This document shows, one piece after another, positions 15,940 to 26,350 of a DNA stretch of 64,000 bases; position 1 is the first letter of the stretch, and each line of letters opens with the position of its first letter. The DNA lies in assembly GCA_002898375.1 (NCBI GenBank), contig BEIN01000002.1, positions 64,347 through 128,346 of the forward strand. Direction: 5' to 3'. The notes under the pieces were generated by a model. That model was not told the DNA's origin, did not search any database, and saw only the letters and a program-made list of their open reading frames with translations. The stretch comes from a bacterium HR37. GTDB lineage: Bacteria > Desulfobacterota_D > UBA1144 > Nemesobacterales > CSP1-2. A program made the position numbers and the translations under genes.

Positions 15940-16881
15940 ATGATAACCTGTAATGTTATGGAGTACTCTGTTGGTGAGGTGATAGGGGGTGTTTGGTTTG
16001 TTGATTTAAAGGTGGGTGGAGAAGAAGAGTATACGGGGATCTATGTGCTTTCCGATGGCAGGGAGGCTCTTTTAATAGATGTCGGACCTTCAAGTACCGG
16101 GGAAAAGGTTCTGGGTGCATTAAAGGATATTGGGATTCCGTTTGATAGTGTAAGATACCTGTTGCTTACACATGTCCACCTTGACCATGGTGGTGCGTGT
16201 GGAGGGCTTATTCGCTTTTTTCCAAAAGCCACAGTTATAGTTCACCGAAGAGGGGCTTTCCACTTGGTAAATCCAGATGCAGTTTTGTGGAAATCCTCGA
16301 TTAAGGTTTTAGGGAGTGTTGCAGAGATATACGGAAAACCGGAGCCGGTTCCTGAAGAAAGGATAGTTTCCATTGAAGACACTTTTTATCTTTCTCTGGG
16401 TAACCTTGATTTTGAGATTTTACCAACTCCAGGGCATGCAAGTCATCATGTCTCTATTTACTGTAGAAACTACAGGGTTCTTTTCCCCGGAGACTCTGCA
16501 GGGGTTTATGTACCCAGCCTTGATGCTATGCTTCCTAATACCCCTCCTCCATTTAAACTGGATAAGGCTCTTAGGTCAATTGATGCTATGATAGCTCTTA
16601 ACCCTGAGGTAATAGCATACACCCACTTTGGGGTATCTAGGGAGGGTTTATATAACCTTAGCAGGTGCAGAAGGCAGCTAACTGCATGGTATGAGCTTAT
16701 AAAGGAGATGAAGGTTCGTGGTATTGGGAAAGAGGAGGAGGAGGAGATGCTTGGGGCAATTGCACAAAGTGATGAGGATCTAAAAAGGTTTATTGCTAAA
16801 TCAGAAAGGTTAAAAGGATTACAAAGAGGGCTTAGAACCAGCCTTAGGGGGCTTATTCAGCTTGTTGAGGATGCGCAGTAG
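15940..16881 (+). CDS. MBL-fold metallo-hydrolase
   Basis: THVHLDHGG, TPGHASHH, FPGDSAG, YTHFG. Confidence 0.9.
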   Translation: MITCNVMEYSVGEVIGGVWFVDLKVGGEEEYTGIYVLSDGREALLIDVGPSSTGEKVLGALKDIGIPFDSVRYLLLTHVHLDHGGACGGLIRFFPKATVIVHRRGAFHLVNPDAVLWKSSIKVLGSVAEIYGKPEPVPEERIVSIEDTFYLSLGNLDFEILPTPGHASHHVSIYCRNYRVLFPGDSAGVYVPSLDAMLPNTPPPFKLDKALRSIDAMIALNPEVIAYTHFGVSREGLYNLSRCRRQLTAWYELIKEMKVRGIGKEEEEEMLGAIAQSDEDLKRFIAKSERLKGLQRGLRTSLRGLIQLVEDAQ

Positions 16882-17089
16882 GGGTTAGCTCATCAAATTC
16901 TATTTCGTTTTTTAGGTTTTTAAGGATCTCAAGTGTCTCATTAAGGGTATCCTCGGTGGTGATAAGTTTTATTATCCCCCTGTCTGGGTCTTCTGACCTT
17001 ATCCAGGCGGTGTGGCAGTATGTACCCAGTATGGACTGAAGTGATACGGTTTCGCTTGGTTTTTTTAGTTTTATGTACACAACAGGCAT
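16853..17089 (-). CDS. Small protein, DUF4911-like
   Basis: 78 aa; ILGTYCHTAWIRSEDPDRGIIKL recalls DUF4911. Promoter directly upstream. Confidence 0.55.
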   Translation of the reverse strand: MPVVYIKLKKPSETVSLQSILGTYCHTAWIRSEDPDRGIIKLITTEDTLNETLEILKNLKNEIEFDELTPTAHPQQAE

Positions 17090-17095
17090 AAAACT

Positions 17096-17125
17096 AGAGT
17101 AAAACAGCGATCTGTTTTATGTCAA
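17096..17125 (-). promoter_or_regulatory. Leaderless-type promoter with palindromic spacer
   Basis: TTGACA-18-TACTCT-6 nt-ATG. TAAAACAG-cgat-CTGTTTTA at 17100-17119. Confidence 0.55.
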
Positions 17126-17267
17126 GTAGAGTGTTAGAAATAATATATATTTACGGTTAGTTTAGCATAATAAATAATATTTTACATCAAGTTTTTTGCT
17201 TAACCGATTAAAATTTCATTTATTATATAAATAAGAGCTAAAAAAACCTTAGATTTCAAAAACTTAC

Positions 17268-17323
17268 TTGACAAAATTTATGCGTTTTTATATAGTGGTT
17301 TAAAGTGGCATAAAGTGGCATAA
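17268..17323 (+). promoter_or_regulatory. dcw promoter with three MraZ-box repeats
   Basis: TTGACA (17268-73), 17 bp, TATAGT (17291-96). GTGG at 17295, 17305 and 17315 (10-bp period). Confidence 0.85.
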
Positions 17324-17334
17324 AAAGGTTTTTA

Positions 17335-17781
17335 ATGTTTCGTGGAAGGTATGAGCATACTATGACTGATAAGGGGCGGATAAGCGTACCGGCCAAATTC
17401 AGAGAGGTGTTAAGGGACAAGTACGGAGATGAAACGCTTATTGTTACAAACTTTGATAGGTGTCTGGTTGCCTATCCTCTGAAGGAGTGGAATGAAATTG
17501 AGAGAAAGGTCGCAGAACTTCCACAGTTTAGACAAGAGGTTATCTCTTTTCTGAGATACCTTATGGGAGGGGCGGTGGATTGCCCTATTGATGGGCAGGG
17601 AAGAATCCTTATACCCCAGTCTCTTAGAAACCATGCACGGATCAAGCGTGAAGTGGTTATGATAGGGATGCTTACCAGGTTTGAAATATGGGCAAAAGAG
17701 ATATGGGAAGAGGAGGAATCCAAGAGGGCATATGAGGAATTTATAAAGAGCAAGGAAACCTTGGCGGGACAGGGATTATAG
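17335..17781 (+). CDS. mraZ: Transcriptional regulator MraZ
   Basis: FRGRYEHTMTDKGRISVPAKFR and second repeat IDGQGRILIPQSLR. Confidence 0.97.
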   Translation: MFRGRYEHTMTDKGRISVPAKFREVLRDKYGDETLIVTNFDRCLVAYPLKEWNEIERKVAELPQFRQEVISFLRYLMGGAVDCPIDGQGRILIPQSLRNHARIKREVVMIGMLTRFEIWAKEIWEEEESKRAYEEFIKSKETLAGQGL

Positions 17782-17784
17782 AGT

Positions 17785-18741
17785 ATGGCTAAGCCAGCAC
17801 TTGAGGAACAAATAGTTCATAAGCCTGTTATGGTAAGAGAGGTTATTGAGTTTTTAAATCCCAGTCCCGGTGGGATCTATGTAGATGCAACCCTTGGGCT
17901 TGGTGGGCACACTGAAGCTATTCTTAAAGCATCCGGGATCAAGGCTAGGGTCATTGGCTTTGATGTCGATGAGGAGGCACTGACCCTTGCAAAGAAGCGA
18001 CTTTGTGCTTTTTCAGAAAATATCGTTTTTGTAAATGAGAATTTCTCCCGTATAGAGGAGGTTCTTAAATCTCTGGGCATAGAAGAGGTTGATGGGGTGG
18101 TTGCTGATCTGGGTTTATCGTCATTCCAATTAGAGGGTAGTAAGAGGGGTTTTAGTTTCTTAAGGGATGAGCCCTTGGACATGCGTATGGATAAGAGGAT
18201 TGGTGTAACGGCTTTTAACCTGATTAATGAACTCGATCTTGAGGAACTCTCCAACATATTTAAAACCTATGGTGAAGAGAGATGGGCAAGAAGGGTGGCA
18301 AAGTATATAATAAGATACCGTAGCCAAAAACCTATTAAAACCACGCTCGAGCTTGCAGAGATAGTTTCAGAGGCGATTCCGAAGAGGTTTCATCCCAGGA
18401 GTATTCATCCTGCAACCAAGGTTTTTCAGGCTCTTCGTATAGCGGTAAATAAAGAGTTAGAGAACCTGGAAGTATTTTTAAGAAAGGCTATTCCTCTCCT
18501 TAAAAGGGGAGGAAGAATAGCTGTAATATCCTTTCACTCTTTAGAGGACAGAAAGGTAAAGAGCGTGTTTAGAGAGTTTTCCTTATCGTGCATATGTCCT
18601 CCGGGACTACCTGTTTGTGGTTGCGGAAGGAGGGGAGTGCTCAGGGTGCTTACACGTTCCCCTGTTAGACCTTCTTCCCAGGAGGTTTCCAATAACCCGA
18701 GAGCAAGAAGTGCAAAACTGAGAGTAGGAGAGAGGATTTAG
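17785..18741 (+). CDS. rsmH: 16S rRNA m4C1402 methyltransferase
   Basis: HKPVM, DATLGLGGH, LDMRMD, HPATKVFQALRIAVN, NNPRARSAKLR. Confidence 0.98.
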   Translation: MAKPALEEQIVHKPVMVREVIEFLNPSPGGIYVDATLGLGGHTEAILKASGIKARVIGFDVDEEALTLAKKRLCAFSENIVFVNENFSRIEEVLKSLGIEEVDGVVADLGLSSFQLEGSKRGFSFLRDEPLDMRMDKRIGVTAFNLINELDLEELSNIFKTYGEERWARRVAKYIIRYRSQKPIKTTLELAEIVSEAIPKRFHPRSIHPATKVFQALRIAVNKELENLEVFLRKAIPLLKRGGRIAVISFHSLEDRKVKSVFREFSLSCICPPGLPVCGCGRRGVLRVLTRSPVRPSSQEVSNNPRARSAKLRVGERI

Positions 18742-18743
18742 AT

Positions 18744-19079
18744 ATGGCTCATACAGGCACTGTTAGGGTAAAGCCGGGTTTAGATAGGTTTCTTCTTTCA
18801 AAGAAATTGCTGATGCTTTTGATTGTTGTATTTGGTTTAGCATTTGTGTATGTCCACTTAAAATTGGAAGGAACAAAACTTGGATACACTCTTTCAGCAA
18901 ATCTCAGTAGGGAACGTGAGTTGATTAGAGAAAACCTTGCTTTGCAAGCTGAGTTTATGAAGTTGAAATCGCCAGAGAGGATAGCAAATATAGCGCGTGG
19001 TTTAGGTTTTAAACTTCCCACACAGCAGGACGTAATATACATAGTAGAGGAGAGTCCTTTAGTTGGGGAAAGAGAATAA
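18744..19079 (+). CDS. ftsL: Cell division protein FtsL
   Basis: Single TM plus coiled coil, LKSPERIANIA; lies between rsmH and ftsI. Confidence 0.85.
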   Translation: MAHTGTVRVKPGLDRFLLSKKLLMLLIVVFGLAFVYVHLKLEGTKLGYTLSANLSRERELIRENLALQAEFMKLKSPERIANIARGLGFKLPTQQDVIYIVEESPLVGERE

Positions 19080-21012
19080 AAAAAGGCCACGGAATCTCAA
19101 GGCAAACAGATCAAAGAGAATATCCCTGGGAAGGGAATTGTACAAACCCCGCCTGAGGATACTTATAGCGGGCTTGATGATTGTCCTTTTATTTGTTGCT
19201 GTTTCAATAAAGGCATTTGAACTTCAGGTTCTTGACCGTGAAAAGGCGTTAAGGATTGCAATGAGCCAACACAGAGGTTTTTTTACCTTGCTTCCTAGGA
19301 GGGGAAAGATTCTTGATTCTAACAATAAGGAGCTGGCTGTCAATTTAGAAGCCTACTCAATATACCTCCGTCCAAAGGAAGTTAAAGAACCTAGAAAGCT
19401 TGTAGATGCCCTTTCAAAGCGTCTTGGTCTTACCAGGGATGAGGTTTTAAATCTTGTTTCTTCCAAAAAGCCCTTTGTATGGGTTAAAAGGCTTGTGGAA
19501 CCAGATGTTGCATCCAAAATAAAGGAAATGAATCTAGGTGGTATTGGTTTTATAGAAGAGCCCAAGCGTATATATCCGAATGGCCATTTAGCAGGGCAGG
19601 TTCTTGGGTTTACAGATATAGACTCTCGCGGTATTGAAGGGGTTGAGTACTATTTAGATGAGGTTTTGGCTGGGAAACCGGGCAAGGTTGTTGTTAAAAA
19701 GGATGCACGTGGGAGACAGATACTCAGTGAACCCTTTGATTTTGGAACCGAAGAGAGTATATCCGGTGCTGATGTTATTTTGACCCTAAACTCACAGATT
19801 CAGTACATTGTGGAGCGGGAGCTAAAGGAGGGAGTTGAAAGGGTAAAGGCGGAGAAGGGAATGGTTGTGGTTATGGATCCCGAAACTGGTGAAGTCATTG
19901 CTATGGCTTCTTATCCTTTTTTAGATCCAAATAACTTTAAAAGGTACGGAGATGAGGTAAGGAGAAATCTTCCTGTCTGGTACTCCTTTGAGCCCGGTTC
20001 CACTATAAAGCCTTTTCTTGTTGCCGCTGCACTTGAGGAAAAGGTGGTAAGCCCATCAACAACGTTTGATTGTGAGAATGGAAGAAGAAGAATAAGTGGG
20101 GCAGTTATAAGGGATGTTCATCCCTATAAGGTGCTAAGTGTGAGTGACACGCTAAGGTTGTCAAGTAACATATGTGCTTCAAAAATCGCGGAGGTTCTTG
20201 GGAAAGACAGGTTTTACAAGTACCTTGAGGGATTCGGTTTTGGTCAGAAAACGGGAATAGATTTACCTGGTGAGTCAAGCGGCATAGTTACAAAACCCAA
20301 ACAGTGGGGGCCTGTTGAGCTTGCAACCCTTTCATTTGGTCAGGGAATCTCGGTTACTGCCCTTCAGCTTGCAACGGCCCTTTCTGCTATAGCAAATGGT
20401 GGGTATCTTATTAAACCCTATATAGTAAAGAAGGTTATAGATCCAGAGGGTAATGTGTTAAAGGAAAATGAAACAGAGGTTCGAAGAAGGGTTATATCCT
20501 ATGAAACCGCCAGGAAAGTTACGGAGATGTTAGAAGCTGTTGTTGAGGATGGTACGGGTAGGAATGCCTTGGTTCCTGGATACAGAGTTGCTGGAAAAAC
20601 AGGAACCGCTCAGGTGCCTAATCCTCAAACTGGAGGGTACTATTCTGATCGTCATATCTCCTCATTTATAGGGTTTGCTCCCTCAGATGATCCCAGAATC
20701 ACGGTTGTTGTGGTTGTTGTAAATCCAAAGACGAGTTTTTATGGCGGTGTGGTTGCTGCTCCTATATTTAAGGAAATAGTGGAGAAGAGCCTGTTTTATC
20801 TTGGGGTTCCTCCTCAAAAGGGGTTTGCAGAGGCAAAGATAATGCCTGATCTCAGAGGCATGAGTGCAAGAGAAATACTAAGGTGGGCTGAGAAGGAAGG
20901 TGTTAAGGTAAGGTTAAAGGGAAGCGGATATGCAAAGAATCAGAAACCGGGTGCAGGGGAGAAAATTACGGAGGGAACCGTTTGTTTAATAGAACTGGAG
21001 CAGAAGATATGA
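19063..21012 (+). CDS. ftsI: Penicillin-binding protein FtsI/PBP3 with C-terminal PASTA
   Basis: RRGKILD, EPGSTIK (SxxK), LSSN (SxN), GKTGTAQ (KTG), MPDLRGMS. Confidence 0.95.
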   Translation: MGKENKKRPRNLKANRSKRISLGRELYKPRLRILIAGLMIVLLFVAVSIKAFELQVLDREKALRIAMSQHRGFFTLLPRRGKILDSNNKELAVNLEAYSIYLRPKEVKEPRKLVDALSKRLGLTRDEVLNLVSSKKPFVWVKRLVEPDVASKIKEMNLGGIGFIEEPKRIYPNGHLAGQVLGFTDIDSRGIEGVEYYLDEVLAGKPGKVVVKKDARGRQILSEPFDFGTEESISGADVILTLNSQIQYIVERELKEGVERVKAEKGMVVVMDPETGEVIAMASYPFLDPNNFKRYGDEVRRNLPVWYSFEPGSTIKPFLVAAALEEKVVSPSTTFDCENGRRRISGAVIRDVHPYKVLSVSDTLRLSSNICASKIAEVLGKDRFYKYLEGFGFGQKTGIDLPGESSGIVTKPKQWGPVELATLSFGQGISVTALQLATALSAIANGGYLIKPYIVKKVIDPEGNVLKENETEVRRRVISYETARKVTEMLEAVVEDGTGRNALVPGYRVAGKTGTAQVPNPQTGGYYSDRHISSFIGFAPSDDPRITVVVVVVNPKTSFYGGVVAAPIFKEIVEKSLFYLGVPPQKGFAEAKIMPDLRGMSAREILRWAEKEGVKVRLKGSGYAKNQKPGAGEKITEGTVCLIELEQKI

Positions 21013-22517
21013 AACTCAGGGAACTGCTAAGAGGTGTAAAAACCAAACAGGTTGTTGGTTCCCTAGATGTTAACATCCAAGGTGTTTCCTATAACTCAAA
21101 AGAGGTTGGAGACGGATTTTTGTTTGTTGCACTACCCGGTACCAGAACCGATGGACATAGATTCATAGAGGATGCGGTAAAAAAGGGAGCAAGGGCATTG
21201 CTTGTTGAGCGGATTCCTCAATCTGCTTTTGAGGGTGTTTCGATCGTCCAGGTTGATGATACAAAATCTGCACTCGCCTTGGTTTCAGCCAATTTTTTCT
21301 CTGATCCCTCAAAGGAGCTTACCGTTGTGGGGGTAACAGGGACTAATGGAAAGACAACTGTTACCTATTTGCTTGAAGCTATATGGAAAGCAGAGGGGAG
21401 GGAAGTTGGGGTTATAGGAACGGTTGAGTACAGGTTTTCCGGTAGAAGCATTCCCTCTAACATGACCACACCTGAATCGGTAGATTTAATGAGGCTCCTT
21501 GGAGAGATGAAAGAAAACGGTGTTAGCTGTGTTGCTATGGAGGTTTCCTCTCATGCTTTAGATAAAAAAAGGGTGGATGGATGTCAGTTTGATGCAGCGG
21601 TTTTTACAAATATCACCCAGGATCACCTTGACTATCACGGGAGCATGGAAAACTACTTTAACGCTAAAAAAAGGTTATTTAAAGAAGTGCTTGGCTATAG
21701 CAAGAAGAAAGAAAAGTTCTCTGTAATTAACTTTGATACTCCTTATGGCAGGAAGATAGCAGAGGAAGCTGCTGGAGAGGTTATACCCTATTCAGCTAGT
21801 GGGAACGATGCTATGGTTTGTGTAAGGAAAAAAAAACTCACAGGACAGGGAATTTGGGCGATTCTATCTACACCCTGGGGTGAGCTTGAGATAAACTCAA
21901 GCCTTATAGGGGAGCACAATCTCTCAAATATACTGGCTGCTTCTGCTACGGCCCTTTCTCTTGGTACTTCCCCTGAGGCGGTAGAAAGAGGTATATCAAG
22001 TGTAAGTTCAATCCCCGGAAGGTTAGAAAAAGTGGAAAACCCCTTGGAAATTACCGTTCTTGTGGACTATGCTCATACCCCTGATGCATTAAGAAACGTT
22101 CTTGAAACTCTAAGGTTTGTTATTTCAGGAAGGCTTATTCTTGTTTTTGGTTGTGGTGGTGACAGGGACCCAATTAAAAGGCCAATAATGGGGAAAATCG
22201 GCATTGAGCTCTCTGATATCCTTATAATAACCTCGGACAATCCCCGTACCGAATCCCCCGATAGCATAATTGAGCAGATAGAAAGGGGTGTCTTGGAGTG
22301 TGAGGGAAAGAAGGGAATATACTTTAAGGTTCCCGATAGACGTATGGCAATAAAAAAGGCGGTTGAGATTGCACGGAGTGGCGATACAGTGCTTATAGCT
22401 GGTAAAGGACATGAGAACTACCAAATTGTAGGAAGTGAAAAGATACCGTTTGACGATAGAGTGGAGGCAAGAAGAGCCTTGGAGGAGAAGAGAAGAAGTA
22501 TGAGAGAGACATGTTAG
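21009..22517 (+). CDS. murE: UDP-MurNAc-tripeptide synthetase (meso-DAP type)
   Basis: TGTNGKTT, TTPES, MEVSSH, DHLDYH, DYAHTPD, DNPR, AGKGHE. Confidence 0.97.
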   Translation: MKLRELLRGVKTKQVVGSLDVNIQGVSYNSKEVGDGFLFVALPGTRTDGHRFIEDAVKKGARALLVERIPQSAFEGVSIVQVDDTKSALALVSANFFSDPSKELTVVGVTGTNGKTTVTYLLEAIWKAEGREVGVIGTVEYRFSGRSIPSNMTTPESVDLMRLLGEMKENGVSCVAMEVSSHALDKKRVDGCQFDAAVFTNITQDHLDYHGSMENYFNAKKRLFKEVLGYSKKKEKFSVINFDTPYGRKIAEEAAGEVIPYSASGNDAMVCVRKKKLTGQGIWAILSTPWGELEINSSLIGEHNLSNILAASATALSLGTSPEAVERGISSVSSIPGRLEKVENPLEITVLVDYAHTPDALRNVLETLRFVISGRLILVFGCGGDRDPIKRPIMGKIGIELSDILIITSDNPRTESPDSIIEQIERGVLECEGKKGIYFKVPDRRMAIKKAVEIARSGDTVLIAGKGHENYQIVGSEKIPFDDRVEARRALEEKRRSMRETC

Positions 22518-23890
22518 AGCTTGATTTTGTTCTTAATTCTTTAAATGGGCGTTTGCTTTCAAAATCGGATAACGTGGAGTTCTCTGGCGTTTCTACCGAT
22601 TCCAGAAGGATAAGGAAGGGGGAGTTGTTTTTTGCCCTCTGTGGAAACAGGTTTGATGGACACGACTTTATCCCGGATGCATTTGAGAAGGGAGCAGGAG
22701 GTGCTGTTGTAGAAAAACCTGTGGCTTTTCCCAAACCTAATAAGTTCGTTTTAATACAGGTTCCCTCTACCCTTAAGGCATTGGGAGATCTGGCTTTGGC
22801 GTGGAGAAAGAGGTTTTCTGATATCAGGATTGCCGCAATAACAGGTTCTAATGGAAAGACAACCACCAAGGAGATGGCTTCAAGCATACTTTCACTAAGG
22901 TTTTCAGTTTTAAAGAACTCGGGGAACCTGAATAACCTGATAGGTCTTCCCTTAACCCTTTTAAAGCTTAAGAGTGAGCATAGGGTTGCTGTTGTTGAAC
23001 TGGGAATGAATGATTTTGGAGAGATAAGACGGCTCTCTGAAATTACACTTCCCGATGTTGGTGCGATTACCTGTATTGGTAAAGCGCATCTTGAGAAACT
23101 GGGAAGCGTTGAAGGGGTTGCAAGGGCAAAAGGGGAACTTGTAGAGGGCTTTACAGACAGGCATACATTTGTGGTCAACTTAGACGACCCATGGATTCAA
23201 AAGATTGCATCTGGTGTTAGGTGTAGGAAGATAACCTTTGGTATAGAATCAAAGGGTGTGGATATATCTGCAAAGGACATACAACCTGTTGGTTTCTCTG
23301 CCATTAAGTTCAGAATGGTAATAGAAGGAAAGGAAATCCCCTTAAGAATAAGGGGAATAGGTTTTCACAACGTGATGAATGCACTCTGTGCCGCTGGAAT
23401 CGCTATTTCCTTTGGATGTGATACCTATGAGGTTCAAGCAGGTCTTGAAAGGTTTGTTCCTGCCTATATGAGACTGGAGGTGATAGATACACCTTTTGGG
23501 TTTAAGGTAATAAACGATGCTTACAATGCAAACCCTGATTCAATGAGAAAGGGTATAGAAGAGCTCGTAAGGCTAAAAGGAAAGGGTCGAGCCATAGCTG
23601 TGCTCGGGGATATGCTTGAACTAGGAGACAAAAGCGAAAATGAGCACATTGGTCTTGGGGAGTTTCTTGTGGATAAGGGAGTAGACTTTGTAATAGCGTA
23701 TGGTAATTATGGGGCATCCCTTTTAAAGGGAACTGGAGGAAGAATAAGGGGTGTTTTGGCAACAACTTATAAGGAGGCTGCTGAGGTTTTGATTGAGTAT
23801 GCTAGACCCGGTGACCTTGTTCTCATTAAGGGATCCCGTGGTGTGAAGATGGAGAATGTAATTCAGAAGCTCTTTGAGAGGTATCCTTAG
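22511..23890 (+). CDS. murF: UDP-MurNAc-pentapeptide synthetase
   Basis: STDSR, ITGSNGKTTTKE, NNLIGLPLT, ELGMN, NDAYNANP, LGDMLELG, KGSRG. Confidence 0.97.
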   Translation: MLELDFVLNSLNGRLLSKSDNVEFSGVSTDSRRIRKGELFFALCGNRFDGHDFIPDAFEKGAGGAVVEKPVAFPKPNKFVLIQVPSTLKALGDLALAWRKRFSDIRIAAITGSNGKTTTKEMASSILSLRFSVLKNSGNLNNLIGLPLTLLKLKSEHRVAVVELGMNDFGEIRRLSEITLPDVGAITCIGKAHLEKLGSVEGVARAKGELVEGFTDRHTFVVNLDDPWIQKIASGVRCRKITFGIESKGVDISAKDIQPVGFSAIKFRMVIEGKEIPLRIRGIGFHNVMNALCAAGIAISFGCDTYEVQAGLERFVPAYMRLEVIDTPFGFKVINDAYNANPDSMRKGIEELVRLKGKGRAIAVLGDMLELGDKSENEHIGLGEFLVDKGVDFVIAYGNYGASLLKGTGGRIRGVLATTYKEAAEVLIEYARPGDLVLIKGSRGVKMENVIQKLFERYP

Positions 23891-23892
23891 AG

Positions 23893-25002
23893 ATGCTCTA
23901 TTTTTTGTATCTGCTGAGAGAAGATTTTATAGTTTTTAATGTTTTTAAATACATAACGTTTCGTTCGTTTGGGGCAGGTGTTACAGCGTTTCTTATAAGT
24001 TTGGTTCTGGGTGCAAAGTTTGTTGATTTTCTTTCAAAGAAGCAGTTTAAGGAAAACATTCGTGAGGATGGTCCTCCGGGGCATAAGGCCAAAGCAGGAA
24101 CCCCAACAATGGGGGGTATTTTTATTGTACTGGCAATAGTTATTTCTACCGTTTTGTGGGTGAATTTAACCTTTGAAATACTTTGGTTGGTTCTTTTATT
24201 TACCATAGGTTACGGTGCTATTGGGTTTGCCGATGACTGGTTGAAGTTAAGGTACGGAAAAGGAATGCGCGCAAAGGTAAAGTTTTTATTACAGGTTATA
24301 GTGGCTCTTTTTTTTATATTGCTACTTTTAAACGAAAAAAAGGGTTTTACGATGTCATTGAGAATAGATGAGGTTGCGTATTTCCCGTTTACATCTGTGG
24401 TGTTTCCTTTTTTAAAGAAGGCGGTTTTTGATCTTGGATGGTTTTACGTTCCATTTGCAATTACAGTTTTGGTTGGTGCATCAAATTCCGTAAACCTAAC
24501 AGATGGCCTTGATGGACTTGCTATTGGCTCAATAGCCATTGCTACCGCTACCTATATAATTTTTGCATATCTTTCCGGGCACGCTGAGTTCTCCAGGTAT
24601 TTACAGATACCTTATATCTCTGAAGGAGGAGAGCTTGCTGTTTTTCTTTCTGCTGTTGGTGGGGCTTGCTTGGGGTTTCTGTGGTATAACTCTCATCCTG
24701 CAGAGGTTTTTATGGGTGATGTTGGCTCTCTTTCTCTTGGGGCTGCAGTTGGGGTAGTTGCACTTGTAATCAAACAGGAAATACTGCTTGTTGTCGTTGG
24801 TGGTCTTTTTGTAATGGAAGCCATCTCCGTGATAGTGCAGGTTATATCATTTAAGCTTACCGGAAAGAGGGTTTTTAGAATGGCACCACTTCATCACCAT
24901 TTTGAGCTAAACGGCTGGCCTGAATCCAAGGTTGTTGTTAGGTTTTGGATAATCTCTGTTGTTCTTTCTTTGGTTGCTCTCTCAACCCTTAAGTTGAGGT
25001 AG
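23893..25002 (+). CDS. mraY: Phospho-MurNAc-pentapeptide transferase
   Basis: KAGTPTMGG, NLTDGLDGL, FMGDVGS, MAPLHHHFE. Confidence 0.98.
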   Translation: MLYFLYLLREDFIVFNVFKYITFRSFGAGVTAFLISLVLGAKFVDFLSKKQFKENIREDGPPGHKAKAGTPTMGGIFIVLAIVISTVLWVNLTFEILWLVLLFTIGYGAIGFADDWLKLRYGKGMRAKVKFLLQVIVALFFILLLLNEKKGFTMSLRIDEVAYFPFTSVVFPFLKKAVFDLGWFYVPFAITVLVGASNSVNLTDGLDGLAIGSIAIATATYIIFAYLSGHAEFSRYLQIPYISEGGELAVFLSAVGGACLGFLWYNSHPAEVFMGDVGSLSLGAAVGVVALVIKQEILLVVVGGLFVMEAISVIVQVISFKLTGKRVFRMAPLHHHFELNGWPESKVVVRFWIISVVLSLVALSTLKLR

Positions 25003-25006
25003 TTGC

Positions 25007-26350
25007 TTGATGGATATTAAAGGGAAAAAGGTGCTGGTTGTTGGGCTTGGGAAAACAGGTGTTAAAACGGTTAGGTTTTTGGTAAAGAAAGAGGCCTGTG
25101 TCCGAGCAAGTGATATTTTGCCCCTTGAAAAACTCCCAGATGAGGTAAGAGAACTTAAGAGGGATGGTGTATATATAGAAACCGGAAAACACTCAAGAGA
25201 GAGCTTCCTCTGGGCAGATACAATAATTCTCAGTCCGGGTGTGCCGTTTGGATTGCCTCTTGTGGAAGAGGCAATAAGAAACGGGGTAGAGGTAATAAGT
25301 GAGGTTGAGTTTGCTTTTAGATACGTAAAAAAGCCAATTATTGGTATTACTGGTTCAAACGGTAAAACCACCACTTCAACGCTTGTAGCCAGGATTTTGG
25401 AGGCAAGTGGGAAAAGGGTTTTTTTGGGAGCAAATATTGGGACTCCTTTGATTCAGATTGCAGAGCAGGATGAGGACTTCGATGTTTTGGTTTTGGAACT
25501 AAGTAGCTTTCAACTTCAGGGTACGGTAACGTTTAAACCTTTTATCGGGGTTATTCTTAACATATCTCCCAATCACTTGGATCATCATGCTGGCTTTGGG
25601 GAGTATATGGAGTCTAAGTTTAAGCTTTTTGCAAACCAAACGGAGGATGACTGGTCTGTGTATAACTTTGATGACTTCTATGTTAGAAACTACATGCCTG
25701 AAATTAAAGCCAGAAAGCTACCTTTTGGATTTACCTCTACGGATAAGGGGGTATTCTTTGACGGTACCTTTGTGCGCTTTGGGGAGGAGGTATACGATTT
25801 AAGAGAGATGAGGCTTGTTGGAGCTCACAATCTGGAAAATGCGATGGCTGCTATAGCTTCAACAAGGATTATGGGATGCGACCCTGAAGTAATAAGGAGG
25901 GAAATTGTGGGTTTTTCTCCTCTTCCTCACAGGATAGAGTTTGTGGGTGAGTTTAACGGTGTAAGGTTCTTTAACGACTCAAAAGCGACAAGTCCCGGAG
26001 CAACCCTTAGGGCACTTCAGAGTTTTTCTGGCTCTGTGATTCTAATAGCTGGTGGAAAGGATAAGGGGGTTGACTACAGCATGCTGGGGGATGAGGTGGC
26101 CAGGAAGGTAAAGGTTCTTATTCTTATTGGGGAGTCAAGGTTTCAGATGCAAAAGGAACTGGGTGATAGGGTTAAAACCCATCTTGCTTCTTCACTTGAG
26201 GAGGCAATAGAGATAGCAATCTCAAATTCGTCCAGAGGTGATACGGTTCTTTTCTCTCCTGCGTGTTCCAGTTTTGATATGTTTAGTTCGTATGAAGAAA
26301 GAGGGAGGAGATTTAAAGAAGGTGTATGGAAATATCAGAAACAAGGCTAA
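25007..26350 (+). CDS. murD: UDP-MurNAc-L-Ala:D-Glu ligase
   Basis: LSPGVP, ITGSNGKTT, LELSSFQ, HLDHH, NDSKAT, SPACSSFDMF. Confidence 0.97.
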   Translation: MMDIKGKKVLVVGLGKTGVKTVRFLVKKEACVRASDILPLEKLPDEVRELKRDGVYIETGKHSRESFLWADTIILSPGVPFGLPLVEEAIRNGVEVISEVEFAFRYVKKPIIGITGSNGKTTTSTLVARILEASGKRVFLGANIGTPLIQIAEQDEDFDVLVLELSSFQLQGTVTFKPFIGVILNISPNHLDHHAGFGEYMESKFKLFANQTEDDWSVYNFDDFYVRNYMPEIKARKLPFGFTSTDKGVFFDGTFVRFGEEVYDLREMRLVGAHNLENAMAAIASTRIMGCDPEVIRREIVGFSPLPHRIEFVGEFNGVRFFNDSKATSPGATLRALQSFSGSVILIAGGKDKGVDYSMLGDEVARKVKVLILIGESRFQMQKELGDRVKTHLASSLEEAIEIAISNSSRGDTVLFSPACSSFDMFSSYEERGRRFKEGVWKYQKQG

